Positions 10,801 to 20,733 of a DNA stretch of 64,000 nt are shown piece by piece. The first letter of the stretch is position 1; the number at the start of each line of letters is the position of its first letter. The stretch is taken from NCBI GenBank assembly GCA_034521365.1, contig JAXHMQ010000007.1:663961-727960 (forward strand), given 5' to 3'. The position numbers were made by a program, and so were the translations under genes. The stretch comes from Halofilum sp. (in: g-proteobacteria). Lineage in GTDB: Bacteria; Pseudomonadota; Gammaproteobacteria; XJ16; Halofilaceae. The notes under the pieces are model-generated. The model saw only the letters and a list, made by a program, of their open reading frames with translations, made no database searches and was not told where the DNA came from.

Positions 10801-11558
10801 AGGCCGTTCCACACGACCGTGCCGTCGGCCAGCCGGTGCGGCTGGGAGCGGGCGTCGATCCAGCGCCTGCCGGCCGGGCCGTCGAGCGGGAAGACCTGGT
10901 GGTATGGCACCAGCTCGCGCGCGGATGCCTCGGCGAGCTCGATCGCGCGCTCGCGGTCGGTCTCCGGCAGCATCCCGACCACCGTCTCGAAGTCCGCCAG
11001 GCGGTGTCCCGCCGCCAGCCCGGTGAGCTCGCGGAAGCCCTCGCTCATGTGCGTCGTGGCGTAGCTGCCGTCGGGGTGGCGCACCAGCTGGTAGACGGCA
11101 CCGGGCATGCGCGCGTGGATGTCGCGCAGGCGTGCCTCGGCCTCCGCCAGCCGCGTCTCGCCGCTGCGCGTCGCCGTCACGTCGACCCCGGCCGCGTCGA
11201 TCATGGCCTGCGCTGTGCGGCCTTCGGGCGCGTCCGTGCAGGCGCCGACGTAGTAGTCGTCGTCGCCGCGGCGGCTGGCATGCCAGGTGTGGCGGAGCCC
11301 GGTCGCGCGGCAGTGCGCCTGCCAGCTGGCGTGGCCGTCGCGGCGCGCCGCCGCCAGGCCGGCATCCACCGCGGGCGCGTCGGCGGCGCTGACCAGGTCG
11401 TGCAGGTGGCCGGGCCCGCCGTCGCTGTCCCAGTGCGGGCTCAGCGCCGTGATGCGCCCGCGGGCGTCGACGACCCCGACCAGGTCGCGCGCGACCTCGA
11501 ACAACCGGATCGCCTCGTCACCGGTGTCGCTCGTGCCGCGTCGTTCGCTCTGCGCCAT
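7863..11558 (-). CDS. multi-PAS/GAF diguanylate cyclase-phosphodiesterase (GGDEF-EAL)
   Basis: Several PAS/PAC repeats; DPLTDLPNR, RLGGDEF, AEALLRW, IDDFGSGYSSL, LKIDRSFV. Confidence 0.93.
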   Translation of the reverse strand: MAQSERRGTSDTGDEAIRLFEVARDLVGVVDARGRITALSPHWDSDGGPGHLHDLVSAADAPAVDAGLAAARRDGHASWQAHCRATGLRHTWHASRRGDDDYYVGACTDAPEGRTAQAMIDAAGVDVTATRSGETRLAEAEARLRDIHARMPGAVYQLVRHPDGSYATTHMSEGFRELTGLAAGHRLADFETVVGMLPETDRERAIELAEASARELVPYHQVFPLDGPAGRRWIDARSQPHRLADGTVVWNGLMIDITERKEAEARAERLNAILESTPDCVAIIDTDGRIGYLNAGGCRLLGIEPATGAAGQAFVDYMTAADARRLHEEALPRARRQGSWSGEVSVVATDGSETPASQTVLAHADAHGRITHYSTTMRDLSARVRAERELAASEARFRSLYEETPVMLHTLDPEFRLVGVNAHWLETLGYRREEVIGRPLAELYAPDVRDWMTGSARREYLRTGYLRETPSRILRADGSVLDVLLSVNATYDADGAYLGALAAMTDVSGQREAEAGYRDIFEHASEGIYRSSPEGRVLRANPALARLHGCRCEEELLAAVGDIATDWYVESGTRARLLERVEREGHVENFEAEIQCLGSNERIWTSENVRAVRDDHGRVRYYEGTVRDITAQYRARRLAARRGEILEMVARDTPLTRTLYEIVGTVEEVYSRITAAVLRLQEGRLCVAAAPGLSNACIQAIDGLAPEEVGGSLCRAVREGRAGIDPGPAEASPALVAAARAAGYGALTAVPVHDQRGTVLGAVAAFAQFAPGEDDETVDLLNEMAQIASIAMEQFRLSQELVHRAQYDPLTDLPNRALLADRLEQALRDAKRGGYSVAVLLIDLDEFKLVNDTLGHSAGDALLQQVGARLRGCLRAGDTVARLGGDEFVLVIPLRADTEANDIAERVLAALQGGMLVAGHEVTARPSIGIAVYAGDGRTPEALLQAADTAMYAAKGAGKNRYRYFTEHMNEYMSERLRIEAQLRAALEHDELVLHYQPRVRLDDGRIVGAEALLRWHHAERGLLLPGQFLGHVERSPLIGDIDRWVLRAAARQAATWQRAGHGLVVSANLSTRELHADGFAADAAAILAAAGVDPAGLELEITESMLMHDFERASRQLRELRDRAPGLRIAIDDFGSGYSSLNYLRHLPIDTLKIDRSFVADLVGPDAATAGAIARTIAELGRNLGLTVVAEGVERAEQAERLPRYGCHQAQGFWYAAALPVAELDQRLAG

Positions 11559-11745
11559 GGCTCAGCCCGGGCGGCCGGAGGGGCGTCCCTGTGCCGCGCG
11601 CTGCGCCGGCACCACCGCCGAGCCGCGCATGTTCCGTGGCGTCCCTGCCGGTGGCGGCAGGGTAGCACGCGCCCCGGACCGGGCGGGGCGGCGCGGGCGC
11701 GGGCACAACGCCGTCCTTGGCCCCGAACCGGTCGGCCGTGGCGGG

Positions 11746-11772
11746 GAACTTTTCGCGCCGACGACGGTCCAT
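11746..11772 (+). promoter_or_regulatory. sigmaE (RpoE/AlgU)-type promoter
   Basis: GAACTT-N16-TCCAT pointing into the candidate sRNA. Confidence 0.6.
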
Positions 11773-11777
11773 GTCGA

Positions 11778-11884
11778 CAGGTGCCACTCCAGGCGCCGAC
11801 CCGCGTCCTCCCTCAGCGGGTCACCCGGCCGCCACGGCCGGGCATGGTTGCCCCGACGCCGCGCAGGCGCCGGGGCCTCTTTTG
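11778..11884 (+). ncRNA. candidate small RNA with C-rich anti-SD loop, convergent with engB
   Basis: Four successive hairpins including GACCCGC-GTCCTCCCTCA-GCGGGTC, ending in a GC stem plus CTCTTTT; sigmaE-like promoter upstream. Confidence 0.6.
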
Positions 11885-11898
11885 CTTCCGCGCCAGCG

Positions 11899-12503
11899 TC
11901 ACTCGAGCCACTGGTCGAGCACGGAATGCGCGTCCTCGAGCCCCTGGCCCGCGCTCGCGGAGAACAGCTGCAGGGTCGCCTCGATGCCGGCCGACTTCCA
12001 GCTCCCGCGCGCTCGGATTCGAGCGCGCGCCGCGCCTGGGCGCGCTCGAGCTTGTCGGACTTGGTCAGCAGCACGTGCAGCGCGGCGCCGGTCGGCGCCA
12101 CCAGCTCCAGCAGCCGCCAGTCGAGCTCGGTCAGGCCGCGGCGCGCGTCGAGCACCAGCACGATCCCCGCCAGCGACGTGCGCTGCGTGAGATAAGCGGC
12201 GACCAGCCTTTCCCAGTTGCGGCGCGCCGTCTCCGGTGCCTTGGCATAGCCGTAGCCGGGCAGGTCGACGAGGCGGCGCTCGTCGCCGAGGTCGAAGACG
12301 TTGATGAGCTGCGTGCGCCCGGGTGTGCGCGAGGTGCGCGCGAGGTTGCGCCGCCGCGTGATCGCGTTGAGCGCGCTCGACTTGCCGGCGTTCGAGCGCC
12401 CGGCGAACGCGGCCTCGCGCCCGCGGTCGGGCGGCAGCTGCGCCAGCCTGGCGCAGCTGCCGTGAAAGGCGGCACGCGCGTAGCGCTGGGTGACCTCGGA
12501 CAT
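11899..12503 (-). CDS. engB: ribosome biogenesis GTPase YihA/EngB (frameshift near 12010)
   Basis: AFAGRSNAGKSS, SRTPGRTQLIN, DLPGYG, LLTKSDKL. Confidence 0.93.
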
Positions 12504-12619
12504 GGCCTCTCCCCGGGCCGGCGTGCAATTGATCGGTCGGGGCACTCTGGTAGACTTCGGCCCTTTGCGCGGGTCCTGCCGGCGCCAGGCAGGCGGGCAT
12601 TCTACGGAGTCCGAGGACA

Positions 12620-13260
12620 ATGAAGAAGGCACTGGCGGCAATCGCGGTCTGGGCGCTCACGCTGCCGGCGACGGGCATGGCCCAGGACGCCACGCCGCTG
12701 ATGGACGGCGGTGACGCGGAGGCCGGCCAGTCGAAGTCGCAGACCTGTGTCGCCTGCCATGGTCCCGACGGCAACAGCCCGCAGGGCCAGTGGCCGAACA
12801 TCGCCGGCCAGCACGCCGGCTACCTGTTCGAGCAGCTGCAGGCCTTCAAGCGCGGCGAGCAGCGCAGCAACGCGCAGATGGCCGGTATGGTCGGTGGCCT
12901 CGGCGAGGAGGACATGCGCGACCTCGCCGCCTACTACAGCGCAGCAGCCGGTCAAGAAGGTCATGGGCGCCGAACGACGAGGACCTCGTCGAGCGCGGTC
13001 GCCGCATCTATCTCGGGGGCATCCCGTCGAAGGGTGTCGCCGCCTGCGTCGCGTGCCACGGCCCGCGCGGCAAGGGCAACCCCGCTGCCGACTACCCGGT
13101 CGTGGGTGGCCAGTGGCCGCAGTACCTCATGCAGCAGCTGCAGCATTTCCGCTCGGGGGAGCGGGCCAACGATCCCAACGCGATGATGCGCAGCCTGGCA
13201 TCCGAGATGACCGACGCGGAGATCCGGGCGGTCTCGGAGTACATGGCCGGGCTGAACTGA
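12620..13260 (+). CDS. di-heme cytochrome c4 (frameshift near 12950)
   Basis: Signal peptide; two CVACHG heme motifs in two frames; divergent from engB. Confidence 0.9.
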
Positions 13261-13279
13261 CGCCCGGCGCGCGGGCGTC

Positions 13280-13306
13280 GAACTTCCCGCGCATTCCCCG
13301 GTCCCA
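13280..13306 (+). promoter_or_regulatory. sigmaE-type promoter for dsbA
   Basis: GAACTT-N16-TCCCA, 45 bp upstream of the dsbA start. Confidence 0.5.
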
Positions 13307-13351
13307 GCAGGTTGCCCGGAGATCGTCCGGACGCCCAGGAGACGCCTAACG

Positions 13352-13966
13352 ATGCATCGATTCCTCAGCGCCTGCCTCGGGACGCTCGCCGTGCTGGCGA
13401 GCGCATCGGTCGCCGCGCAGGACTACCGCGTCCTCGACGGGGCGCAGCCCGGCAACGACCCCGAGACGATCGAGGTCGTCGAGTTCTTCTGGTACGGCTG
13501 TCCGCACTGCCACAACTTCGAGCCCTACATCGAGCGCTGGAAGGAGGACAAGCCCGACGGGGTCACCTTCCGCTACGTGCCCGCGGTGTTCTCACCGACC
13601 TGGGAGCTGCACGGGCGCTCGTTCTACGCCGCCCAGGTCCTGGGCGTGCTCGACACGTTCCACGACGCCATGTTCCGTGCGCTGCACGAGCAGGGACGGC
13701 GCCTGGAGACGGAGTCGGAGCTGCGCGCATTCGTCGACGAGCTGGGCCTCGACGGCGACAAGTTCGTCGATGCCATGAGCTCGTTCGCGGTCGACGCGAA
13801 GATCCGCCGGGCGCGCAGCCTGCAGAAGGCGTACGGCATCTCGGGCACGCCCTCGGTCGTGATCGATGGTCGCTACGTCACCTCCGGTGGCATGGCGGGC
13901 GGATTCGACCGCATGATCGAGATCATCAACGAGCGGGTTGCGGCGATCAAAGGTGGCTCCGGCTGA
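13352..13966 (+). CDS. dsbA: thiol:disulfide interchange protein DsbA
   Basis: Signal peptide, EFFWYGCPHC, GISGTPSVVIDGRY. Confidence 0.92.
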   Translation: MHRFLSACLGTLAVLASASVAAQDYRVLDGAQPGNDPETIEVVEFFWYGCPHCHNFEPYIERWKEDKPDGVTFRYVPAVFSPTWELHGRSFYAAQVLGVLDTFHDAMFRALHEQGRRLETESELRAFVDELGLDGDKFVDAMSSFAVDAKIRRARSLQKAYGISGTPSVVIDGRYVTSGGMAGGFDRMIEIINERVAAIKGGSG

Positions 13967-14753
13967 CGGCGACCGGCGGCCGGGGGGATCCGACTCCCGT
14001 TTCCGGCTCCTGTCATACAACATCCAGGTCGGTATCCAGACCTCCCGGTTCCGCGAGTACCTGACCGGCGGCTGGAAGCACGTGCTGCCCCACGGCCAGC
14101 GGCTGCGCACGCTGGCGGCGATCGCCGACCAGGTCCGCGGCTACGACCTGGTCGCGGTGCAGGAGGCCGATGCCGGCAGCCTGCGCACCGGCTTCATCTG
14201 CCAGACCGAGTACCTGGCGCGGCGCGCCGGCTACCCCTGGTGGGGCGAGCGCACCAACCGCCGCCTCGGGCGGATCGCGCAGCACAGCATCGGCGCCATG
14301 GCGCGCGTCACGCCCGCCGCCGTCCACCCCGTGGCGCTGCCCGGGCGCGTTCGCGGGCGCGGCGCGCTGCTGCTCGATTTCGGTGAGGGCCCGGGACGGC
14401 TCTCGGTCGTCATCGTGCACCTGGCGCTCGGCCGCCAGACCCGCCAGCGCCAGCTGGACTTCGTCGCCGAGCTGATCAGTGACGCGCCCCACGCCGTCGT
14501 CATGGGCGATTTCAACGCCCAGCACGGCGCGCCCGAGATGCGCCGCTTCTTCGCCCGCACCAACCTGGTCGAGCCGGCCGAGCGCCTCAACACCTGGCCG
14601 GCCTGGCGACCGCTGCACAACCTCGACCACATCCTCACCACCTCCGAGCTCCAGATCGAGCACATCGACGTGCTCGACGACAGCCAGTCCGACCACCTCC
14701 CCCTCGCCGTCGACATCGCCCTGCCCAAGGACTGCCGCCTCGCCGTGGCGTGA
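13953..14753 (+). CDS. endonuclease/exonuclease/phosphatase family protein
   Basis: LLSYNIQ, VAVQEAD, MGDFN, LDHIL, SDHLPL. Confidence 0.9.
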   Translation: MAPADGDRRPGGSDSRFRLLSYNIQVGIQTSRFREYLTGGWKHVLPHGQRLRTLAAIADQVRGYDLVAVQEADAGSLRTGFICQTEYLARRAGYPWWGERTNRRLGRIAQHSIGAMARVTPAAVHPVALPGRVRGRGALLLDFGEGPGRLSVVIVHLALGRQTRQRQLDFVAELISDAPHAVVMGDFNAQHGAPEMRRFFARTNLVEPAERLNTWPAWRPLHNLDHILTTSELQIEHIDVLDDSQSDHLPLAVDIALPKDCRLAVA

Positions 14754-14769
14754 TCTCACGCTGTACAGC

Positions 14770-15029
14770 GAACCGCGAATGGACGCGAATATGCGCGAAT
14801 GGCGCTGCTGCAGGATCGGCCATCGTCGGAGCTGCGCTGACCGGCTGGCCCGTGACCGATTTCAGCGGAGCTCCACGTCGCCACGGTTGGGCACCGGCCC
14901 ATTCGTGTGCATTCGTGTTCATTCGTGGTTATCCAACGGGACGCATTACCGCGGCGACGCCAGCGAAGCTCCGCTACCGCCTGATGTACCGCGGCGCCAT
15001 TCGCGCATATTCGCGTTGATTCGAGGTTC
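14770..15029. repeat. nested inverted-repeat element, GAACCGCGAAT family (copy A)
   Basis: GAACCGCGAATGGACGCGAATATGCGCGAAT ... ATTCGCGCATATTCGCGTTGATTCGAGGTTC; internal GGAGCTGCGCTG / CAGCGRAGCTCC arms. Confidence 0.8.
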
Positions 15030-15034
15030 CGTGA

Positions 15035-18000
15035 TCAGGCGTTCCGCCCCACCGCCGGGTCGTTGCGGTGGACGCGCTCGTAGATGACCGGGATGAGCAC
15101 CAGCGTGATCAGCGTCGAGAACAGCAGCCCGCCGACGACGGCGCGGCCCAGCGGGGCCTGGGTCTCGCCGCCCTCGCCGGCGCCGATCGCCAGCGGCAGC
15201 AGGGCCAGCATGGTCGTCATCGCCGTCATCAGGATCGGGCGCAGGCGGCGGCGCCCGGCCTCGCGCAGGGCCGCGTGGATCCCGAGGCCCTCGGCGCGCA
15301 GGCGGTTGGCCTGGTCGACGATCAGGATGGCGTTGTTGACCACGATGCCGATCAGTATGACGCAGCCGATCAGCGACTGCGCGTTGAGGGTGGTGCCCGT
15401 GACGTAGAGCGCGATCACGACACCGATCAGCGCCAGCGGTACCGAGCCCATCACGATCAACGGGTCACGCAAGGACTCGTACAGGCTCGCCATGACCATG
15501 TAGACCAGCGCGACCGCGAGCAGGATCTGCGCGAACAGCGACGTGAACGCCGACTGCTGCTCCTCCCAGTCGCCGGCGATCACGATGTCGTAGTTGTCCG
15601 GGATGGGCATGCCGGCGAGCGCCGCCTGCACGTCGGCCACGACCGAGCCCATGTCGCGCCCGGCGAGGTTGGCCCGCACCTCCACCAGCCGGGTCTGGTC
15701 CTTGCGGTCGATCACCACCGGGCCCTCGGCGCGCTCCAGGCGCGCCACGTTGCCCAGGCGCACGAGCGTGCCGCCGGCCGCGGGCACGCGCAGGTCGAGC
15801 AGCTCGCGCGGCGCGAGCGTCTCGTTGCCCTCGAACTGCACCCGGATATCGACCTCGTCGCCGGCGTCGAGGTAGCGCGAGGCGATGCGCCCCGACACGG
15901 CCGTCTCGACGGTCTCGGCGACATCGGCGACGTTGACGCCCTGGTCCGCGGCCCGCTCGCGATCGACGCGGATGAGCTGCTGCGGCTCGCCGCCCTCGCG
16001 CGAGAGGCGCGTGTCGACGATCCCCTCGACGCCGCGGATGCGGCGCCGGACCTCGCGCGCGAGGGCGTCGAGCGTGTCGAAGGCGTAGCCGCGGACCTCG
16101 ATCGCCAGCTCCTCCTCGCCCGAGGACAGGGCGCGCAGGAAGAAGGGCCGGCGCGTACGCACCCGCACCTCGGCGCCGGCGATCGGCCCGATCGCCCGGC
16201 GCAGGTCCGCGGCCACCTCGGCCGACGAGCGCGCGCGCTCGGAGCGCGGCGGCAGCGACACCCGGACCTCGCCCTCGGCCGACTCGGAGGGGCGGTACGA
16301 GCCGGAGCCGATGCTGGTCACCGTGTTGACCAGCTCCGGGACCTCGGCGCGCACGATCGCCAGCGCCTGGCGGGTGCCGCGCTCGACCGTCTGCAGGCGC
16401 GTGCCGGCCGGCATCTCCACGTCGACCTCGACCTCGCCCTCGTCGGTCGCCGGCATGAACTCGGTGCCGAGCAGCGGCAGCGCGGCCACCGCCGCGCCGG
16501 TGGCCAGCACGGCGGCCCCGATCACCGTCCAGGTGCGGCCCAGGGCGCGGTCGAGCAGCGCGGTGTAGCGCGCCTCCAGCGCGCTCATGCCGCCGCCGAT
16601 GGCGGCGCCCAGGCGGTGCAGCGGCGCCGGCGCGGGCCGGCGCTGGCCGCGCAGCAGTCGTGCCCCGAGCATGGGCACGACCGACAGCGCCACCAGCAGG
16701 GCACAGGTCAGCGCGAACGAGACCACGAACGCCAGCTGGCGGAAGAGCTGTCCCGCGAGCTCCTGGGCGAAGAACATGGGCACGAAGATCGCGACCGTGG
16801 TCAGCGTGCCGGCGACCACCGGCGCGGCCACCTCGCCCGCGCCGCGGCTCGCCGACTCGGCCGCGGTCTCGCCGTTGCCCTCGTGGCGGCGCACGATGTT
16901 CTCGAGCACCACGATCGCGCTGTCGACCATCAGTCCGACGCCCAGCGCCAGCCCGCCCAGCGTCATCAGGTTGAGCGTGAAGCCGCCGAAATAGACCAGC
17001 GCGAACGTCGTGATCACGGAAACCGGGATCGCGGTGGCGATCACCAGCGTCGCGCGCAGGTTGCGCAGGAAGAACAGCAGCACCGCGATCGCCAGGCCGG
17101 CGCCCGCGACCATCGCCAGCGTCGCGCTCGCGATCGAGCGCTGGATGTATTCCGAGGTATCGAACAGCGGGCGCATGTCGATCTGCGGGTACTCCGCGTT
17201 CATGCGCTCGATCTCCGCCTTGAGCCGCTCGGCGACCTCGACCGTGTTGGCGCCGGACTGCTTGCGCACCGCCATGCGGATGCCGGGCTCGCCGTTGATG
17301 CGGATGATGCGGGTGACCCGCTTCTGGGTGTCGGCGATCTCGGCGACCTGGCCGAGGCGCACGGGGGCGCCGTTGCGCACCGCGACCACCTCGGCGCGCA
17401 TCTCGTCCAGGCTGTCGTAGCGCCCGGGCACGCGCACCGTGAGCTCGCTGTAGCCCTGCTCGATGGAGCCGCCGGGCCGATTCAGGTTGGAGTTGCGCAG
17501 CGTCTCGACGACCTGCGCCAGCGGCAGGTCGAGCGCCTGCACGCGCCGGGGCTTCAGGCGTACCTGGATCTCGCGCTCGGGGCCGCCCCACAGGTCGACC
17601 TGGGCGACGCCCGGGACCTGCTGCACGCGGTAGGTCAGGCGATTGTCGATGATGTTGCGCAGCGCGACCGGGTCGATCGCGGCAGAAGACGCCGATCAGC
17701 ATGATCGGCGCGTCGGAGGTGTCGAACTTGCGGATCGAGGGGCGTTCCGCGCCCTCGGGCGGGTCCTCGTATTCCTCGTCGATCGCGTCGCGCACGTCGA
17801 TCGCGGCGAACCCGAGGTCGGTGCCCCAGGCGAAGCGCAGGCGCACGTTGGCCACGCCCTCGGCCGTGGAGGCGGTGATCTCCTCGACGCCCTGCACGGT
17901 GGCGACGGCGTTCTCGATCGGCTTCGCGACCAGCTCCTCCATCGCCTGCGGCGAGGCGTTCGGGTAGGTCACGCTCACCGTGATGTACGGGTACTCGATC

Positions 18001-18116
18001 TCGGGCAGCAGGTCGACGGCCAGGCGCGACAGCGAGGTCGCGCCGATCAGCACGGCGATCAGCGTCACCATCGCCGTCAGCACCGGACGGCGCACGCTGA
18101 ACGCGGGCAGGTTCAT
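15035..18116 (-). CDS. RND efflux permease, AcrB/AcrD/AcrF family (frameshift near 17685)
   Basis: [46 protein letters not shown]. Confidence 0.92.
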
Positions 18117-19301
18117 CGGGAGGCGGTCCCGGGGGGCAGCTCGGAGACGATCACGGGGGCGCCGTCCTCGAGCATCTGCTGGCCGAGCGTGACCACGCGC
18201 CCGGACAGCGCCGGCTCGAGGACCTGCACGTGCGTGTCGCCCTCGAGCCCGAGCTCCACCGGCACCAGGCGCACGCGCGGCGGCTCGTCGTCGCTGACCC
18301 GGTAGACCGCCGGGCCCTCGCTGCGTCGCACGAGCGCCTCGTGCGGCACCAGCGTCGCGTCCTCCGCGGTCGCGACCGTCACGCGCACGCTGACGAACAT
18401 GCCCGGCTTCAGTTCACCGCGCACGGTTCGGCAGCGTCACCTCGAAGCGCGCCTGGCGCGAGTCCTCCGCGAAGCGCGGCGCGATGCGCGCGATCCGGCC
18501 CTCGAAGGTCCGCCCGGGCAGCGCGTCGGCGCGCACCCGCACGGCCTGGCCCTCGCGCAGGCGCGCGTAGTCGCTCTCCGGCGCGAACGCGACCGCCGTG
18601 ATCGGGTCGATCCCGAGGATCGACAGCAGCGGCGAGTTGGCCGCCACGGTGTCGCCCGCGTTGACCATGCGCTCGCCGACGACACGCACGGCGTCGCCGC
18701 CGCGCCAGTCGGCGCGCACGTCGGCATAGCCGAGCTGGACCCGGGCGCGGGCCAGCGCGGCCTCGCGCTGGGTCACGCGCGCGGTCGCGACCGCGACCGC
18801 CGCGCGCTGCGCCTCGGCCTGGGCCCGTGCCGTGTCCAGCTCCGACTGCGAGGCCAGCTCGCGCTCGGCGAGCGAGCGCGTGCGCTCGAGGCCGCGCTCG
18901 GCCAGGCGCGCGTCGGCGCGCGCCTGCTCCAGCTCGGCGCGCGCCACGGCGAGCTCGGCCTCGGCCTCGGCGACGGCCTGCTGGGCCTCGTCGTCGTCCA
19001 GCTCCACCAGCATCTGGCCGCGCTCGACCCGATCGCCGATGTCCACGTGCACGCGCTCGATCTGACCGCCGATCTTCGGGGCCACCGTGAAGGCGTCGCC
19101 GGCGGCCAGCGTGCCGGTGAAGGCGCGCACGTCGGCGACCGCGCCGGTCTCGACCGGCGCCGCCTCGACTGCGACCCGGCCGCCACCGCCGCCGCTGCCG
19201 CCACCGGGCGCGGCCGGGCCGTCCTGGCGCGCCCACCAGGCACCGGCGGCCGCGAGCGCGGCCACGGCGACGACGACCGTCACGGTGGTTCTGCCTGCCA
19301 T
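18113..19301 (-). CDS. RND periplasmic adaptor (membrane fusion) protein (frameshift near 18420)
   Basis: N-terminal anchor, VAPKIGGQIERVHVDIGDRV lipoyl-like motif, coiled coil, LKPGMFV. Confidence 0.9.
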
Positions 19302-19431
19302 GCTGTGCTCCAGGGGCTGGCTGCGGGCCGCGCCATCGCGCAATTCGGGCGCGGACGGCGCGCGGGTTCGTTCGCGCGTCCAAGTGTACGGAATGGCGCC
19401 GGGGGCGCGATTACCCCGGTGTCATGCGGGG

Positions 19432-20073
19432 TCAGCCGTCGGCCGGTGACGCCACCGCGCCCGCGGCGGCCAGCAGCCCGTGGATCGCCGCCGCCAGGCG
19501 GCGGTAGCCGGCGGCGTTCGGGTGCACGCTGTCGGACTTCAGCGCCGGGTCGGTGAGGATCGCCGCGAGGGCCTCGTCCTCCAGCGGCACGCCGAGGTCC
19601 TCGGCGACCTGGTAGTACAGGCTCGCGGTGTCGGTGAACAGCCCGCGCGCGGGCACGCCGACCAGCACGACCGGGACATCGCGCCGCCGGGCCATGCGTA
19701 CCATCGCCTCGAGATCGTCGCGGATCGCCGCCGGGTCGCGCCCGCGCAGGATGTCGTTGCCGCCGTGGCACAGGATGAGCAGGTCCGGGCGCACGCGGTC
19801 GAGCACGCCCGGCAGCCGGCGCCGGCCTCCCGAGGCCAGCTCGCCGGGCTCGCCGGAGGGGACCACGTTGCGCCCCAGGCGCTGCTCGAGCACCGCGGGG
19901 TAGCTCTCGGCGGGCGCGGCGCCGGTGCCGTGGGTGAGGCTGTCGCCGAAGGCCAGGATGCGCGCGTCCGGTCCCAGGCGCGGGAGCTGCGGCGGCGCGC
20001 AGGCCGCGAGCGCGCCGACGAGCGCGAGCGCGGCCAGGCGCCGTCGGCGCGATCGGACCGGCGGGATCGACAT
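19432..20073 (-). CDS. SGNH/GDSL arylesterase-like lipoprotein
   Basis: LAAC lipobox, AFGDSLT, GGND, DSVHPN. Confidence 0.88.
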   Translation of the reverse strand: MSIPPVRSRRRRLAALALVGALAACAPPQLPRLGPDARILAFGDSLTHGTGAAPAESYPAVLEQRLGRNVVPSGEPGELASGGRRRLPGVLDRVRPDLLILCHGGNDILRGRDPAAIRDDLEAMVRMARRRDVPVVLVGVPARGLFTDTASLYYQVAEDLGVPLEDEALAAILTDPALKSDSVHPNAAGYRRLAAAIHGLLAAAGAVASPADG

Positions 20074-20138
20074 CACGTGGCGCATTCTGTCGCCGGCGGC
20101 GGTATGATCACATGGCCGCCCGAGCCGGACTGCCTGCC

Positions 20139-20726
20139 ATGGCCGCCCCCGCCCCGACACCCGACGTCACGCGCTGCCCGTGGTGCCTCGGCGACGCGCG
20201 CTACGTCGCCTATCACGACGAGGAATGGGGCGTCCCCTCCACCGACGAGCACCACCTGTTCGAGATGCTCATCCTCGAGGGCCAGCAGGCCGGGCTCTCC
20301 TGGCGCACGATCCTGTCCAAGCGCGACGGCTACCGGCATGCGTTCGCCGGGCTCGACCCCGACGCGATGGCGCGCTTCGGTCCCGAGGACGTCGAGCGCC
20401 TGCGCGTCGACGCCGCGATCGTGCGCAACCGCGCCAAGATCGAGGCCGCCATCGGCAACGCCCGGGCCTGGCTCGAGCTGCGCGCGGCGACGGGCTCGCC
20501 GAGCGACTGGCTGTGGGATTTCGTCGACGGTGCGCCGATCGTGAACCGGCCGCGCTTCATGGCGGACGTGCCGGCCGAGACCCGGCGCTCGCGCAAGCTC
20601 TCCCAGGCGCTCAAGCGCCGCGGCTTCCGCTTCGTCGGGCCGACGATCTGCTACGCGTACATGCAGTCGGTCGGCCTGGTCGACGACCATCTCGCGGACT
20701 GCTTCCGCGCCGCCGACGGCGACTGA
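20139..20726 (+). CDS. tag: DNA-3-methyladenine glycosylase I
   Basis: RCPW, YHDEEWG, LEGQQAGLSW, IVRNRAKI, GFRFVGPTICYAYMQSVGLVDDHLADC. Confidence 0.95.
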   Translation: MAAPAPTPDVTRCPWCLGDARYVAYHDEEWGVPSTDEHHLFEMLILEGQQAGLSWRTILSKRDGYRHAFAGLDPDAMARFGPEDVERLRVDAAIVRNRAKIEAAIGNARAWLELRAATGSPSDWLWDFVDGAPIVNRPRFMADVPAETRRSRKLSQALKRRGFRFVGPTICYAYMQSVGLVDDHLADCFRAADGD

Positions 20727-20733
20727 GCGCGTC

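Noticed and set aside
7813-12623. Very long alternative-frame ORFs (999 aa, 1563 aa) and similar ones elsewhere, e.g. 57369-60224
   Set aside because: Shadow ORFs of high-GC coding DNA: Arg/Ala/Gly-rich, motif-free, and overlapping well-supported genes.
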